Shown piece after piece: positions 60,961 through 64,000 of a stretch of DNA of 64,000 nucleotides; positions within the stretch are counted from its first letter, which is position 1, and every line of letters starts with the position of its first letter. Origin of the DNA: Octopus bimaculoides (lineage: Eukaryota); NCBI RefSeq assembly GCF_001194135.2, contig NC_068982.1, forward strand, positions 40,957,876 to 41,021,875, given 5' to 3'. Made by a program: the position numbers and the translations under genes. The notes under the pieces were generated by a model. That model ran no database searches. It was not told the origin of the DNA and saw only the letters and a list, made by a program, of their open reading frames with translations.

Positions 60961-61698
60961 TACTGGTAACAGCAATACATAAAAATAGGTGAAAATCAAA
61001 GCTCAGAAGCTACATGGTAATTTCTTCTTTCTGATTGATTCCAAGAAAAGTGTATCTTCCACAAGAAATAAAAATACAAAATAAATATAACTAAAGGAGC
61101 AACAGGAAGGCATAAATTTAGTTTGAGACTTAGTAAATGGGCAAAGTTGATGTGATTTCTACTGCCTGGCAGATAATTGGATAAGCAAGAGAACATGCAT
61201 ATATATGCATGTATACAAATATGTATGTATGTATAAATGTGTGTATGTATGCATGCTTGCATACATGCATGTGTGTATGTATGTATGTATCTATGTATGT
61301 ATGCATGCATAAATGAATGTATGTATATATGTATGTATGTATGTATGTATGCATGCATGCATGTTTGTATGTATGTAATACGTAATCATGTGATTGACCA
61401 GGCTATCAGATGTTGTTATACATTGCTGGTCACAATGCGCTTTTGCATCATTTTTAGCTTTTGAATGATGCCATCCTACCGGCTTGGCAAGCAGACCAAC
61501 ATTCCTCTTGATTGGAATGTTAGTCCATTACTACTCCAACTCATTTACAGCTGAGTTGACAGGAGCAACATGAAATGAGGTCTTTTGCTCAAGAACACAA
61601 CACACAGCCAATCTGTGGATCGAAACCACAATCTCACACCTATCCACTTGGCCATGTGCCTTCACATACATGTATGTGTGTAAGATTATATATACATG

Positions 61699-61741
<43 letters not shown>

Positions 61742-61787
61742 ATTTTGTTTTTGTTTTTTTGATAAAGAGAAAAAAATGACTTCGATT

Positions 61788-62028
61788 CTTTTTCTCTTTT
61801 TCCAAATATACGTAACTGTACCAAGGATTTCACACATTTTCCAATATATATATATATGTGTGAGATCATTGGTACATTTGGGTATATTTGAAAAAAGAAA
61901 AAGAATGACTTCCTTGGTAGTTCTAATCAGTTTAATTTATCATTTTTTAATTTTATTATCAGAAAATTAAAAATAACGAATTAAACTGATTAGAACTACC
62001 AGTGAAATCATTCTTTTTCTTTTTTCAA
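61788..62028. repeat. Two overlapping inverted repeats sharing one arm
   Basis: 61888-61937 pairs with 61979-62028 (50 bp, 3 mismatches); 61788-61904 folds imperfectly using the same AAAAAAGAAAAAGA arm. Confidence 0.85.
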
Positions 62029-62799
62029 TTATATATATGTGCGTGCATGTGCAGAAACAATAGGAAAGAGAACTCAAAACATGATGTAGAGTATATATTT
62101 GTAGGTAACCTTTTAATGACTTACACAGTTGTTACTTAGACATGAAAGTCATGAAAGGAATTATCTAATTAATTGGATATCTGTAATGGTTTCTTATTAG
62201 CAAGCTAGTATCCTATTGGATAACATGATGAAAATTGTTGCAGAGTGCTGCATAAATCACTACAATGAATTATTAAATATTGGAGAGTTTGTAAGACATA
62301 AGGGAAGTAACTTGGACATGTGCGATTTTTTTAACTCCCTTAATGATAAAATTTTCTCTAAAATTATTTTTTGCATTAGTTGAAATTATCTCGAGAGAAA
62401 AGCTCGTTTGTAACTGCAAATAAAGATCACTTTGGATTTTCTGTTGATAGATATTGTATGCTGTTTCAGGGCATACAGTTTCTCAAAGAGAATTAGCCTA
62501 CAATTCAACAACCCACTAAAGTATATGGGGCCTATCATTAATTTTCCAGGTTGGATTCTGTTAGTCATTCCATGGTCTCTAAGCTTCCAAATATAATAGG
62601 GCAGAGAAGTGGAGTCAATCCTATCTCTAAACCAAAAGGAGCACAGATGTTGGTTATATCACATTTTGAAATCATTGGCAGTAAGCCCCATACACACACA
62701 TAAGTGCATGCGCATGCACACATATTTTGTAATGTATATGTTCATGAACAATGAAGCTGAAATGAGGTGAGAATAACAAGATATAAGAGTAATCAGATG

Positions 62800-63080
62800 T
62801 AGTGTGTTTTTAAGGAAGACAATGCCAGTACAGGCTTGTGCTGCATGTAGCTTATCTCAGCTGTACAAAGAAATGCTGAGCGCCTCAAGTAAATGGATTC
62901 TTTGGAAGAGAAGACCAAGGAAGACATATAACAAAATGCTGAAAACCGATCTGATGTGTCTGAAGATCATGAAGGAGATAACAAAGGAGTAACAAAGGAC
63001 TGCAACAAATGACAAAATACAGGAGAAAATCTACCCAATCCGTGCCAGCATGATAAAGCGGACATGAAATAGTAATGATG
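62800..63080 (+). mobile_element. RTE-type LINE 3' end with GAT-repeat tail
   Basis: RRPRKTYNKMLKTDL.., then CCGTGCCAGCATGATAAAGCGGACATGAAAT..GATGATG tail. Confidence 0.6.
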
Positions 63081-64000
63081 ATGGAAATGGTGAGGGAACT
63101 CCATACTGTCATTTTGTTTATCCCCATACATGCCACCAGTGTAATGAGGTTCCTTGCCACCTGCTCCTTTGTTGTAATCCAACACTCTCACTCTCTTTTA
63201 CATTACTTCCTCCTCTATGAAACATTGTTAGTATCCATCATCCCCCCCCCCTCTCTCACAGACACACACATGCATGCATACATACAAACATTCTTCTTTC
63301 ATTACCTCATTTCTCTCCTATCACTCTACTCATGCTATTTCTATTCCATCCACTTACCACCTACCACACCATAATCTAGTTGTACTATAATTCATTTTCT
63401 TCTCTCTATTTCTGTCTTGCTGTGGTTCTTCTTCATTGCTCTCCCTTCTACCAATCTCTAGGTAATATAATTTTTAACTCAATTTTCCTACCCCTGTCTG
63501 TCAGCCTCTTGTTTTTATCACTCTGGTTCTTTTCGGTTACCTTTTCTTCTATCACCCTGTCATTTTGGTTTTCTTCCCAGCAAGTTATACAGAAAATGAA
63601 GTAACAAACAAACTGAGACAATACAGAGTAGAAGGGTTTCTGTTTAGTTGTGCTGGGAGTGAGATGGTTTCACTGGTGCTGATGAACGAAGGATCATATA
63701 CAACATAGAATAGAAAAACATCTTTAGTCTTGTCAAGGACAAGGTAGCTTTTCTAATGTTGATGCTATCATAAAATGCAGCATGTATTCTCATTAAGTTG
63801 GATGATGATAGGATGATCGTACTGCTATAGACGCTATGCTAAATATAAGTTAGTGGTAGCGCCCAACCCATCAAGGGGGAGGTAATATTGTACAAGAATT
63901 GACTTGAACTGTGATGACCAGTCAAACTCATGCCATTATAGATATGATAATGTTGATTATGATGATGATGATTATGATAACAACGATAATGACTAAGATA

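Overview
AT-rich, microsatellite-saturated eukaryotic genomic DNA with N-gaps. The SINE families and microsatellite load suggest an octopus or another coleoid cephalopod (inference). The only clear host gene is on the + strand: 14 small GT-AG exons (4206-38096/38117) join in one open frame of 484 codons. They encode the end of the RapGAP-adjacent region and the whole CNH domain of a GARNL3 orthologue; its 5' exons lie upstream of the window. The rest is intron or intergenic DNA filled with tRNA-derived SINEs (at least 5 families), RTE, CR1-like and R4/Dong LINE relics, mariner (DD34D) and maT (DD37D) deletion derivatives, and hAT-, piggyBac-, mariner- and Helentron-like MITEs. The most interesting signal is a ~380-bp repeat carrying a minimal type I hammerhead ribozyme. 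It occurs as a tandem 1.6-mer antisense in the GARNL3 intron at 30460-31096 and as a core-mutated sense copy at 41837-41887, resembling a non-LTR retrozyme or Penelope-like terminal repeat. A second, unrelated degenerate hammerhead-like motif lies at 26797-26883, and several long fold-back hairpins could be dsRNA/ADAR substrates. Nearly all ORFs in the supplied track are microsatellite or gap artefacts. All alignments and homologies were judged by eye or from memory; no searches were run.
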